A DNA stretch of 64,000 bases from Trypanosoma brucei (Eukaryota). The notes beneath the pieces are model-generated. The model ran no database searches. It saw only the letters and a list, made by a program, of their open reading frames with translations, and had not been told where the DNA came from. Below are positions 54,391 through 64,000 of this stretch, piece by piece. The stretch is from assembly GCA_000002445.1 (NCBI GenBank), contig CP000067.1, forward strand, positions 1,248,001 to 1,312,000. Direction: 5' to 3'. The stretch's first letter is position 1; each line of letters opens with the position of its first letter. The position numbers were made by a program, and so were the translations under genes.

Positions 54391-55714
54391 ACTTTCGCTT
54401 CCTTGTGGTTGTTAACGAGAAAAAAAACTCAACTTCCTGGTGATATTAGTTATTCTACTCCAAATTAAAAAGATAAGGGAGGAAGAAGAAGTTGAGGAGA
54501 GTCACTTCTGTCACACAACCAAGGTTATACAGACAGAAACTAACGTGTAATAACCACCGAAGTGGTAATACAAAGGTATTTAATGAGGCTCTGCCGTTGC
54601 GCATAATTACGCATGGGGAGAAACATTGGGCGAAGAAACCAAAGGGAAGGGAGGTTAATTACAGAGAGCAGCCGAAACAGGCTTCATGTGCCTGAGGTGC
54701 ATACTCTCTCCTTACCTTCCACAGTGTTTCGCCTCGAGTGTAATGATACTTGCAATAGCACTAAAACACAATGTGAAACACGACAATCGTCTCTAAACAT
54801 GACGATCTCTCGATGATTACCTTGGGGGGGGGGGAATTGGCATTTTCATACAATTTGCATCGTTTTCCCGTTAATTTCCTCATAGTTGCTGTTCTTGTTT
54901 CCAGTCGCTTCCGGTGAAGGAGTCTGGGACTTGAAGCATTTAAAATAAGGTGATAGTTTTTTTCTTTGTTTGCATTGCCAGACTCACGCGCTGAACTCCG
55001 CCCACCAAAGGTCATGCTTAAACGCAGAAGTTGTACCACCCGTCCCACTCGCCTTTCACCATTCACCTACACAAACGGACTGAAAAGCGCTGTGAACTGC
55101 TTCAACAACAGTTCCCAAGTAATTTCCAAGATGATTCCCTGCGCGGTCACACTCAAGAAAAAAAAAAGAAAAAAAAGAAAAAAGAAGTCAAAAGTCACTT
55201 ATTTGAAACCGACATCATCCGGTAACGTTTGCTTAATTTCCTGGCGCATACACATGCACGTGCGCACGAGGCACACGTGTCTGCATGCACGACGTACAGA
55301 AGTAGTAGAAACAAGGGGTAAAGAACCCAAATGCCGGAAAATATCACGCTTAATGGTGACAACACGCTGAAAGACTCGGAAGACGGAAGCCGAAACAACA
55401 ACAACAACAAAACGGAACATTAGTAAGATATATATATGAATCACCTCACATGTAACTGTGGGTTGCTCGCATTGGTGCAGGGTTTGTTACGTAATCCGCG
55501 GCGGCTGCTAGGCAGTGTTTTCATCTATTACTCTTTGAACCACATCAAATCCTTTTATTATTATTATTTTTTTCTTATTAACACTCCAAATATCTCTTCC
55601 TTCCGCTCTTCCGAAGACTTATCGTGTCTTTGAAAAGACGGAAGGGAAATAAACAAACAAACACAAAATTTATGGGGGTTAAGTAGGATATCACTCTGCT
55701 TCCTTTCACTGATT

Positions 55715-56917
55715 CTACTCCCTATGAGGTTTTGAATTCTTTGGTACAGCCTGCCCCTCAACACCGTCACCATCGTCGTCATCTTCAGAGCGAATATCAT
55801 CTACTCGTTTCCCTGTCAATGAGTTAATTGCAATTTTCATAATGAGTGTGAACCAATAGACATGTAGTCCTTGCAGGACTCCTTGCAGAAGAATAATGAG
55901 GAGACAGTAACTCCCCGTGAACATCCGTATCTTCACTCCGTATACGATATTCGCTAAAGCCAAATAGGGCAGGCACACCAACCTGAAGAATACGAAAAAT
56001 AGGGTAAACAAAGCAAAACATACATTTACTGTGATTTCATTAAATATAACTCTATAGAGAAGGGAGGGCTTCGCCTTTGTTTGTTTGTCCCCACCTCCAT
56101 TGTTTTTTAATCTCTGCGCGCGCTTACCTTCTGCAGATACAACATAGTTGATGACTTTTCCGGCGGCCAGCATGATGTCACTCGCATCATGAATGAAAAG
56201 CACGTACACCCCGAAGCGATGCTCGTAACTGCAGTGGGAGAAAACAATGAGCGCACAAGTCACAATATGATGGACAAAGTACTCCACAAAATCGGAACGC
56301 CTGATGTCATTTTCTACCGGAAGCGCCAGCATTTCTGAGAAATAGAAACCGAGTCCTGACTGGTAATAGCACATTAATCCCCCATCAGGCTTGTAAGGAT
56401 GCGGGGTCAGTAGGGCAATGCGGTTCGACTCGCTCACGGGAAGACCAAACCACGGTTTTGTGCACTGTACAGCGTATCCAAATACAGCGGATATGATGTA
56501 ATAGACGGTTAGCCATACCTGATTCTGGAACTTCCTCAGTTTTCGGCGCTGTGCGTTGTTCAAAGTTGCCTTACTGCCATCCTTTGGCACCACGACTTGT
56601 AGCCAGAGTCCGAACCGCGAAAGCTGCCTTTGGGCAAAAATACGAAAGATCAAAAAGGCGAGGGTCCACGGCAAACACAACAATAATTGTGGGAGTACCG
56701 TCACGTCGAAACCAGCACCTCCCCAGCCGCCACTCTGCAGTATAAACTGCACGGGACTGGTCAGCAGTTGCGCCCATTCTTCGCCTGTTAGTGTGATGTT
56801 GTTCGCTAGTTTGTCTGATGCCTCACTCCCGGTGTGGTTGTAGTAGGACACGAAACCATACTCCCGTGCTCGTTCTGGCGTCATTGCGTACATGTCCCCC
56901 AAAGGTTGCCGGGCCAT
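55715..56917 (-). CDS. Ceramide synthase (TLC/Lag1 domain). Start placed at MARQPLGDMY (Met65 of the ORF-track product); the upstream 64 codons translate a pyrimidine-rich leader.
   Basis: The Lag1p motif DFVEYFVHHIVTCALIVFSHCSY, including the catalytic HH, sits within a multi-TM TLC domain. The upstream F/S/P-rich aa 1-64 are typical of a translated polyY tract. Confidence 0.8.
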   Translation of the reverse strand: MARQPLGDMYAMTPERAREYGFVSYYNHTGSEASDKLANNITLTGEEWAQLLTSPVQFILQSGGWGGAGFDVTVLPQLLLCLPWTLAFLIFRIFAQRQLSRFGLWLQVVVPKDGSKATLNNAQRRKLRKFQNQVWLTVYYIISAVFGYAVQCTKPWFGLPVSESNRIALLTPHPYKPDGGLMCYYQSGLGFYFSEMLALPVENDIRRSDFVEYFVHHIVTCALIVFSHCSYEHRFGVYVLFIHDASDIMLAAGKVINYVVSAEGKRAQRLKNNGGGDKQTKAKPSLLYRVIFNEITVNVCFALFTLFFVFFRLVCLPYLALANIVYGVKIRMFTGSYCLLIILLQGVLQGLHVYWFTLIMKIAINSLTGKRVDDIRSEDDDDGDGVEGQAVPKNSKPHRE

Positions 56918-57345
56918 GGGGCAACAGTGGAAGGCAACTGTTGGAGTAAATTGTGTTGCACTGAACTTCCCTGAGAATACCCTGCTTAGACTGAAATTGC
57001 GACGGAAAGGGGGTAAAAATAAAGAAAAGAAATCGGGATTAGTGCAAAGGCAGGCGACACCAGGAGGGAATGGAGAAGTGTCTGGCGCAGAAAATGAAAA
57101 CGGTCGCAAGGATATGCCTCCGTCCCCAGAAAACGGCTTTCGCTACTTTTTTTTTCCTCTGTTGTGATGGCACTTGATGGGAAATTTACTTCACTTTCCA
57201 GGGGTTTACTACAGGAACTTTAGTAGTTGACCTGTTTCTACAATGTTGTATAACCACTGGATGCAACACAGTGATACAAACGCGTCAGCGCTTTCCTACC
57301 CCAACTAGGTGTAACTCGTCGCGGTATCCCTCATTCGCTAATTCT

Positions 57346-58617
57346 TTACGATCTTGCTGCTGTTTTCCTCACAGCAGCATCCGACACTTGGGCACTGGCT
57401 CCAACGTTTCTAGCGGGCTCACTACCTTTTACTATCGTGTTGGAGGCAACAACTGCTGCAAGTGCACTAGGGGCAAATAACTTCAGCCATGGAAGCGAGC
57501 GTGGTGGTGGGCCCTGAGAGGCGTAACAAAGCTGCCATCCATATACCCACGAGAAGGAGCTCCCGAGTCGTAGGTAATCTTCCAGCGTGTGGGCGATAAA
57601 AAATAGCTCATCACATTCTTCTGAACTGCCATTACCGTTCGCCACTTCAACTTCTCCATCCGTTACCACTCCATTATTGCATTCTTGCTGCTTCTGTTGG
57701 TATTTAACGCGCCCCCATATCTCAGGATTATGATCTGGTACGTGCTCTCCAATGCCAGGAAACGTAAGGTGTCTAAAATCATACACCAGCAGTACCTCAC
57801 ACGCCTCACCAGCCCCACACGTTGTAGCCAAAGTACTTACCCCCTCCTCTCTGGCAACACGATTCACCACGTCCCGCAATGAAGCATACGGGACACATGG
57901 CGACAAAAGAAAGAACCGCGGCCAACATTTTTCAGCCCAATTTTCGTCATCTTCGGCGCCCTGGCTGTCGCTCGATGTCATTTCCATACCTTGATTAGCT
58001 GCATTCTTTTTGGACGTGTGACGATACATTGCTTTGGCTTGTTGCGACAGCCGCTCCGTGACGTCGACGATTCCCTCAAGTGCATTGATGCATAAAGAAA
58101 TGATTGGTTGGAGTGTGGTTTTTTTCGTCGCCGACGTCCCGACACTGCGGCGACAATGTTGCTCTACGGCTGCCGCAGGCTCGAGGACGCCCAACAAGCA
58201 AAGGGATTCACTTGCTTTTACAAGTCCGATATCAGCTAAAAGAAGTAACAATGCCGCAGGTAGGAGCGGACGAACTCGGAACTGTTGCTCTGACTGAGAA
58301 CGCAGAGGATCTAGCGAACGGATCCAGCTATTGCTCCACGCTTCAGCGCTCTGACGCAGTTTTTCCACCTCCTGAACCTTGTTAGGATTCTTCTCAGATA
58401 CAGCTCTCTTACCTGTCGCTATAAGAGTTTCTTGCAGCTCTGTGCCATGTACTGCCTTCTCCTCGCCGAGTTTGATGAGGAAAAAGGAAACACCATACTT
58501 TGTAGCTACCCGGTTAGTAATCGTCTCTAAGAATGATGAGGCGGGAGCACTAGCGGATAACGTCCCACTGGTATTTCTATGTGGAGATCGCGTTGCCTTT
58601 GACCTCGATGCTTGCAT
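57346..58617 (-). CDS. Hypothetical protein (423 aa)
   Basis: ORF on the cluster strand. No family recognised with confidence. Confidence 0.5.
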   Translation of the reverse strand: MQASRSKATRSPHRNTSGTLSASAPASSFLETITNRVATKYGVSFFLIKLGEEKAVHGTELQETLIATGKRAVSEKNPNKVQEVEKLRQSAEAWSNSWIRSLDPLRSQSEQQFRVRPLLPAALLLLLADIGLVKASESLCLLGVLEPAAAVEQHCRRSVGTSATKKTTLQPIISLCINALEGIVDVTERLSQQAKAMYRHTSKKNAANQGMEMTSSDSQGAEDDENWAEKCWPRFFLLSPCVPYASLRDVVNRVAREEGVSTLATTCGAGEACEVLLVYDFRHLTFPGIGEHVPDHNPEIWGRVKYQQKQQECNNGVVTDGEVEVANGNGSSEECDELFFIAHTLEDYLRLGSSFSWVYGWQLCYASQGPPPRSLPWLKLFAPSALAAVVASNTIVKGSEPARNVGASAQVSDAAVRKTAARS

Positions 58618-58887
58618 CTTCTCAACTAGATCTATTCGTCACGCGACCAAAATTGTCAGCGCACCACTGCGTCTTTACTGTTTTCTTTGTGTTCTTTTTG
58701 CGCTTACAAAAAAAAAAATGTGAAAAGCGATGAGGCAGGGAGGGGGTTGGAGAAAAGGCAGTAATAAACAGTAGCGGCTAGGTATAAATGCAGGCGGGGG
58801 AAATTGCCAATGTGAGAGCGCAAATGCGGTAATGGCATGTCGGCATGAGGCAAACAAAATACGAGCAACAACAGGCGGCACCCCTTT

Positions 58888-61749
58888 TTACGCTCTGTAA
58901 ACAAACTGCTCCCTGTCTTCTTGGTCACGCACAATATACTCCTTATCAATTAATCTTCTCAACACCTCCTTGAACTCAACATCACTTAGTTGAAAATGAT
59001 GTCGAAGTGACTCTTGGGTGAACTGAAATAAATCCTTGTAGGAGCCGTGCTGTACTGTTTTCAACCGGTGCATTACCGCAGCCTGAATCGCCCCTATCCG
59101 TGTCTCTTGTAACCCTTTGGCAGCCTTTTCGTTCGTTCGGGTGCACGTCGTCAACTGCTTCCGTTGGGAACGCTCGGGGAGGAGGTTGAAATGTGTGTGT
59201 GACGAAGTGAATTCAGGGTTGAGACGGAGAGCTTGCTGTGAAGCGGTATCGGCTCTCTCGGCCACCTTCGCTTCTTCCTCTTGTGGAAGCACCAGCAATC
59301 CGTTAAAGATGGGCTTGCGGAGCTCTTGCTGCAACTTCGCCGTTTCCCATTCAACCTCCTTGGCCAAATTTTCCCACGTAACGCCCGCGCCCGCAGCCTC
59401 GCTAAGGCAGTTGAAGATCTCGTAGTGTTCCAAGGATCCCGTTACCAGCTTCTTCCCGCGGGGGTATGCGATATCAAAGGTTACACGTTCAAATGTGGTT
59501 CGAATCCATATCAGACGGCGCGTTGAATGCCGGTTCTGATAGAACGCGGAGAAGCCGTCCATGGTGTTCTTCAATGGCCTTGGTACGCGCTCCAGTTTGG
59601 GATATACGGGCCAAGCATGAGGTGAAAGAATGCTTGTGGTGAGTTTGACGGAGAGTGCTGCATTTCCAATATCCTGCATCTGCTGTTGGTTAAAAGCCTC
59701 CGACATCTCATTGGCCGTTTTAACATCTTCGCACATCTGTACCATATGCTGGACCGCCTCACGGTCGCCGGGAAATAGTTCCATCAGATAGCGGCACATG
59801 GATCCCTCAAACTGAAGCCTCTCGTGACGCAGTTCCTCAGTGCTCACGGCGTTATCGTGAGGTTTCGGATGAAGGATGCTCAGTAATCGGATAGCGAGGT
59901 TTTCCTTATAGAAACTGAACAATTGAGTCCGACCGGAGAGGCCCTGTATAATTCGAAGTGCCGCTCGGAGGTCCTCATTGCCGCTCAGGGAACCGTTGCC
60001 TGTTGCCGGTGATGTCTCGTTGCCTCTGAGCAAATACTCGTACACATTGTAAAGAAGTTCTTCAACAAGCGCGCTGGCACCGCGCAGCTGGTGTTGATGA
60101 TTAGCAAGTGCTGTCTCTAGAATGTAGTAGAAACAGCCTTTAGTGTCGTTATCGCTGGTCCTCGTACCGAGTAAGCAAGCTTTGAGTGCTTGGATGCCGC
60201 AGAGGCAGTCAAACACACGCTCCGTACGGATCAAATACGTGATTAAACGCTGAAGTTGCTTTTTTGGCGCATCGTTACTCAACAAGAAGGAGTTCACTGA
60301 AAGGGGTATTTGTTCCTGCAACAGCCTTCTGCACACACTTGCCATTACAAAGGAACCAATGTCCTTGTTCCCATTAGCAACGTTTTGTGTCAATAGGGGG
60401 CCCACACCTATACAGTCCCAATAATGAATATCACGGCACAGTGGTGAACCAATACACGCCATAACATCTGCAACCTCCAAAAGGAGTTTCAACGGATCCT
60501 TTTTTTCGCCGGAAGTGGTACGCTCAGTTGAAAGAGCCTCTACTGACTGCGAGTTAGCAGTGCTCGGTGTAAACTCTTTGTTGTCAACAGCAGGAACACC
60601 AAAGAGGTTGTCAAACATTGGTTGAAGTGTCAGCAAGAGCAAATGAAAAAGGTACGTATCGTCAGCGTCAACTGGGGAGCCCTCCACGCCACTTGCCATG
60701 CCTTCACCGCTGAGACTTTCTGGGTTCCATAATAACGCCATGTTTAACATAATAGCCTTCACCCACTCCTTGTCCACGCTGGGGATATCACCTAATATTG
60801 TGAGCTCACTGAGCCAATACTGTGGCCACCTTTCCAGGACAAAAACTTGGCGTGTCTCAACGTTGTTCGCCTTGCGTTCCAACATTGCCAAAAGCGCATG
60901 GCGATTGAAGTACATTTCACATCCTTCAACTACGCTGCGGAGTGCAGTTACGATGATACGCCTCTCCGCCGTGCGAGCATCGCAGCTGAAGAGCATGATG
61001 AGTTGACAAATATCTGCCAGGGCGGTTTGCAACTGCTGCCGCAGTGGAGGCGGAAGTTTGGCGCTTGAATTGGTGCCTTTCCACTGTAGCTGGCGGCACC
61101 ACCGAAGCGTCCACGTCAGCAACTGTTCCAAAAGCAACAGTTCAGCCCCCTCGCTAAAGTTGTCGATAATTACTTTGTGAAGAAGTTCCTCAAACTTGCT
61201 AGTATCTCCCAAATTCATGTCCCATGCGAAGAAAAATGCCACCAGGGCTGGAAGCCGTCGGATGACGTTCCGAAGCTCCATCGCATGTTGGATTGCCTCA
61301 AGTGATTTTTCTCCCTCAAATGTGACGTTTTCATCGGGAACGCCCTGTCCCTGTGGTGGCAGTTGTTGTTCCCCTGATTTCTCCCTTTCACGCTCACGTA
61401 TTCCCGCCAGGCACCTTTCCATCTCGCGGAGTTCATAACTAACGATTCCTGTCACCCAGTATAACAGCAGAGCATTTACATTGTGCGTGCAGCGAAGGCT
61501 GTTGTATATTTCGTTGTACCACTGCAACCACTTCTTACGACGTGTCACGGGTGTTTCCGTTTCTTCATTTCGGAACAGCAGAAGCTCGCGGTTGAGCGTC
61601 ACTTCGAAGAGATCACGAAGCGAGGCTGAGAGGTACTGCGGTCGTTTTGTTTCCCCCGCGGCGTATGCCTGCCGAAGCTTCTCTTCGTAGCTGAGTCCGT
61701 CGGAGGAGGTTTCCTCTGCAATAAGAGGAGGCGGGAGACTCGTTTTCAT
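58888..61749 (-). CDS. Cullin-family protein (cullin scaffold with C-terminal neddylation/winged-helix domain)
   Basis: C-terminus ...IGAIQAAVMHRLKTVQHGSYKDLFQFTQESLRHHFQLSDVEFKEVLRRLIDKEYIVRDQEDREQFVYRA matches the cullin C-terminal consensus (IDAAIVRIMKxRK...LIxR(D/E)Y(L/M)ERDxxxxxxYxYxA). The ~950-aa length fits. Confidence 0.8.
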   Translation of the reverse strand: MKTSLPPPLIAEETSSDGLSYEEKLRQAYAAGETKRPQYLSASLRDLFEVTLNRELLLFRNEETETPVTRRKKWLQWYNEIYNSLRCTHNVNALLLYWVTGIVSYELREMERCLAGIREREREKSGEQQLPPQGQGVPDENVTFEGEKSLEAIQHAMELRNVIRRLPALVAFFFAWDMNLGDTSKFEELLHKVIIDNFSEGAELLLLEQLLTWTLRWCRQLQWKGTNSSAKLPPPLRQQLQTALADICQLIMLFSCDARTAERRIIVTALRSVVEGCEMYFNRHALLAMLERKANNVETRQVFVLERWPQYWLSELTILGDIPSVDKEWVKAIMLNMALLWNPESLSGEGMASGVEGSPVDADDTYLFHLLLLTLQPMFDNLFGVPAVDNKEFTPSTANSQSVEALSTERTTSGEKKDPLKLLLEVADVMACIGSPLCRDIHYWDCIGVGPLLTQNVANGNKDIGSFVMASVCRRLLQEQIPLSVNSFLLSNDAPKKQLQRLITYLIRTERVFDCLCGIQALKACLLGTRTSDNDTKGCFYYILETALANHQHQLRGASALVEELLYNVYEYLLRGNETSPATGNGSLSGNEDLRAALRIIQGLSGRTQLFSFYKENLAIRLLSILHPKPHDNAVSTEELRHERLQFEGSMCRYLMELFPGDREAVQHMVQMCEDVKTANEMSEAFNQQQMQDIGNAALSVKLTTSILSPHAWPVYPKLERVPRPLKNTMDGFSAFYQNRHSTRRLIWIRTTFERVTFDIAYPRGKKLVTGSLEHYEIFNCLSEAAGAGVTWENLAKEVEWETAKLQQELRKPIFNGLLVLPQEEEAKVAERADTASQQALRLNPEFTSSHTHFNLLPERSQRKQLTTCTRTNEKAAKGLQETRIGAIQAAVMHRLKTVQHGSYKDLFQFTQESLRHHFQLSDVEFKEVLRRLIDKEYIVRDQEDREQFVYRA

Positions 61750-62578
61750 CCCTTCCTTCCTTTTCTTCCTTTTCTTTCCTTTTCGTCCCCCCTACTTCAC
61801 CTCACCTATCATTTGTAGTTAGTTTTACAGATGTACGAGATGGGTAGAAGCCAGTGAAACAGTTCCGGTTTGATCAACAGCCCCCTACCTTTCTTGTTAT
61901 TATTGAATGCTTCAGAAAAATGATTGGTGTGTATTTTCCCTTCTTATTTTTCCCTGACCCCCTAACACTGATGTGATTAATGAGGAAAAGCACGACCACT
62001 ACTCAATGTTAGCACAAGGCAAAGATAACTCAATCGCTGTTGTTTTATGTTATGGTATTAAAATGACAAAAGGGGGAAAGTTGTTTAGAGTTTGTATTAT
62101 CCTTCACAAGCGAGTAGCCGATACACCAAACAATCAGTTGTAGTGGTGCCTCACCTGCAATAAAGTAATAACGATATTAATGTTAATAACAATGCAAACC
62201 ATATTAGGTAAATAAATATTAAATAAATAAATATATATATAAATGTATTATATACACAAGTGTGAGCACATGAAAAAGTGCATGATGTGTACTTGGGTTT
62301 CGAATGCTTGGCAAAACAATCTAAATACCGCTAAGGTGATCTTAAAAAATAAAAAAAGTAAAACTCTAAAAATGGCAAGCGGGCGGAATAAAAACGAAGT
62401 CAGTAAATGATGACAACAACAACAACAATGATACCAACAAAAGTATCATGTCAGATGAGAAGTCCACCACTCCATCTCGTAAACAACCTTCTATGGTTTG
62501 AACACACTGGTAGATCACCAGCATTGGCTCCACACATCACTACGCTCTATACGACGCGTGGGATTCCATGATAACGAG

Positions 62579-63562
62579 TTACCCCGCCGCGTATTCTTCT
62601 CCTTCTTCCTCATCTGATGCAAAGAGGGAATTGGATGAAGATACGGAAAGGTGCATATGGGAAGGAAAGGAAAAAGAGAAGGGATAGAGTGAAAGTGGAA
62701 AAGAAGACAACATCGTTGGAGGGGCACACCTGTTAGCAACTATACAACGAGCGGGCTCCGTGGCCACACTACTTATGTCACTGCTGCTTTCGCTACTGGA
62801 TCCAGCACAACCGTCTCTCAATACACATTCCAAAGGCACCTCCCCACGCGGCCCATCCCAATGAGGGCCAACGAAATAACAGGATCTGCCATAAACTATG
62901 TGACTCTCATCGCGTGAACCGCCTCTCACAGTTGATGGAAAACAACTGGAGAGCGCGCCGCCGGCGTGCTGTGGGTCTGTACCGGTTGTCCATCCAGCAG
63001 GACTGCTACTTTCTTCCTCATCCCACTGTTGCTCACCTTCTAAAAAAGGTATGGCATCTGGTTCATCTGCTGCTAATAACAGGGCGGGAAGCGGTACAGC
63101 AATACGGTTGCTCAACCCCCATGACGGGAAATGCCTGGTTTCTGTTAATGCGCTGTTTGTCATTTGGTTAGTAGGTGAAACAACCATTCCCTCAACAGCA
63201 AGTTGGTGAAGAAGGCTTACATCATCTGTCGTGAGAGGGTGTATTTGCTGTCGCGCCATACGTTCATCAGCGGCATTAGGGATTGCATTGCCGTCCGTAA
63301 TGCCGCCAACACCACTACCGCCATTGAATATGACCGCCTCACCTTGATGTCGGTAATCACCAACAATTAAAGGAGGATAGTGTTGTGCAAGCGTCACAAC
63401 TGCAGTTTGGCCCGCTGTGCCATCTAAACCGTTGGCCACTCTTTCCCTAATCTGCATTCGATGCGCTGAGCGACGCACGAGCACAACTACCAGCGCAATC
63501 AATACGCATATGTTCACAAACACCAGCAGCGCTAGCATCACGTAAAGAATGGAAATCGGCAT
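62579..63562 (-). CDS. Hypothetical membrane-anchored protein (327 aa, N-terminal TM helix)
   Basis: ORF on the cluster strand. N-terminal MPISILYVMLALLVFVNICVLIALVVVLV is a signal-anchor-like helix. No family recognised. Confidence 0.45.
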   Translation of the reverse strand: MPISILYVMLALLVFVNICVLIALVVVLVRRSAHRMQIRERVANGLDGTAGQTAVVTLAQHYPPLIVGDYRHQGEAVIFNGGSGVGGITDGNAIPNAADERMARQQIHPLTTDDVSLLHQLAVEGMVVSPTNQMTNSALTETRHFPSWGLSNRIAVPLPALLLAADEPDAIPFLEGEQQWDEEESSSPAGWTTGTDPQHAGGALSSCFPSTVRGGSRDESHIVYGRSCYFVGPHWDGPRGEVPLECVLRDGCAGSSSESSSDISSVATEPARCIVANRCAPPTMLSSFPLSLYPFSFSFPSHMHLSVSSSNSLFASDEEEGEEYAAG

Positions 63563-64000
63563 TTACTACCCCCCCTATGTACGGCTGCCTTTCCCGTCAC
63601 CGTACCGTGTGCAACCTTGACGTTTAAATAAAGCGAACAAATGGATTCACATAATGAGAGTGAAAGAAATAAAAATGAGGGTGAATACAGGCTATTCTCT
63701 TTTCCGTTCTTTTCTTGTTTTTGTTTGTTTCAAGTTAATGGCACGATGGTGTTGAAAGTGGTTCGCACGTAAGCGTCTACAAAATATCGACAAACAATCA
63801 CAAATACCCCTTTCCTTTTTTTAATTTTCCCTCTTTCCCTTACTACCCGAGCCGCAACAACACCCCTTTAACAGGAGTAATGGAACAATCAGACAAATGC
63901 AAACAACCGCGCACATTTAGAAGGTCACTTTTTTTTTTTTTAAAAAAAGAAAAGGAAACAAGTAAACAAACAAACTCTACGCTTCTATTCCCTTTTTTTT

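Noticed and set aside
1-64000. Prokaryotic-style features (CRISPR arrays, operons, defence or toxin-antitoxin systems, integrons)
   Set aside because: The sequence is clearly eukaryotic and kinetoplastid. There are no direct-repeat/spacer arrays, no Shine-Dalgarno-linked operons and no phage-like genes. All repeats found are simple microsatellites or homopolymers.

Overview
This 64-kb window is nuclear DNA from a kinetoplastid, most likely Trypanosoma brucei or a close relative. The evidence is intron-less ORFs all on one strand, pyrimidine/purine-skewed intergenic spacers carrying (CA)n, (TA)n and (CT)n microsatellites, and a retroelement remnant encoding the 2A-like peptide SSIIRTKMLLSGDVEENPGP, which almost matches the 2A I remember from T. 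brucei ingi/TSR1. All ~24 credible protein-coding genes are on the minus strand, so transcription would run from high to low coordinates as one directional polycistronic cluster. The cluster is interrupted near 39.3-39.5 kb by two minus-strand tRNA genes. One is a canonical tRNA-Val(CAC); the other is an aberrant tRNA-like gene. Downstream of them (lower coordinates) is a ~6 kb stretch (33.3-39.3 kb) with no credible ORF that contains a degenerate ingi/RIME-like retroelement 5' end and long sense-strand poly-G tracts. I read this as a candidate Pol II termination and re-initiation site, and it is the most unusual structure in the window. Genes I can name from sequence are an AGC-family PDK1-like kinase, diphthine synthase (DPH5), a YjjX-type inosine/xanthosine triphosphatase, a mitochondrial L51/S25/CI-B8-domain protein, a twin-Cx9C (CHCH) protein, a MYND zinc-finger protein, GINS Psf3, an importin-beta family karyopherin, a PPR protein, an amino-acid permease, a ceramide synthase (TLC/Lag1) and a cullin. 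There are also two paralogous groups of uncharacterised proteins. One is three large proteins with a conserved MG(A/V)xPSRE N-terminus (a candidate N-myristoylation site) at 2.2-4.7, 11.3-14.0 and 16.3-19.6 kb. The other is a tandem pair at 44.3-46.7 kb. Nothing prokaryotic (CRISPR, operons, defence islands) is present. All functional calls rest on remembered family signatures, not searches.
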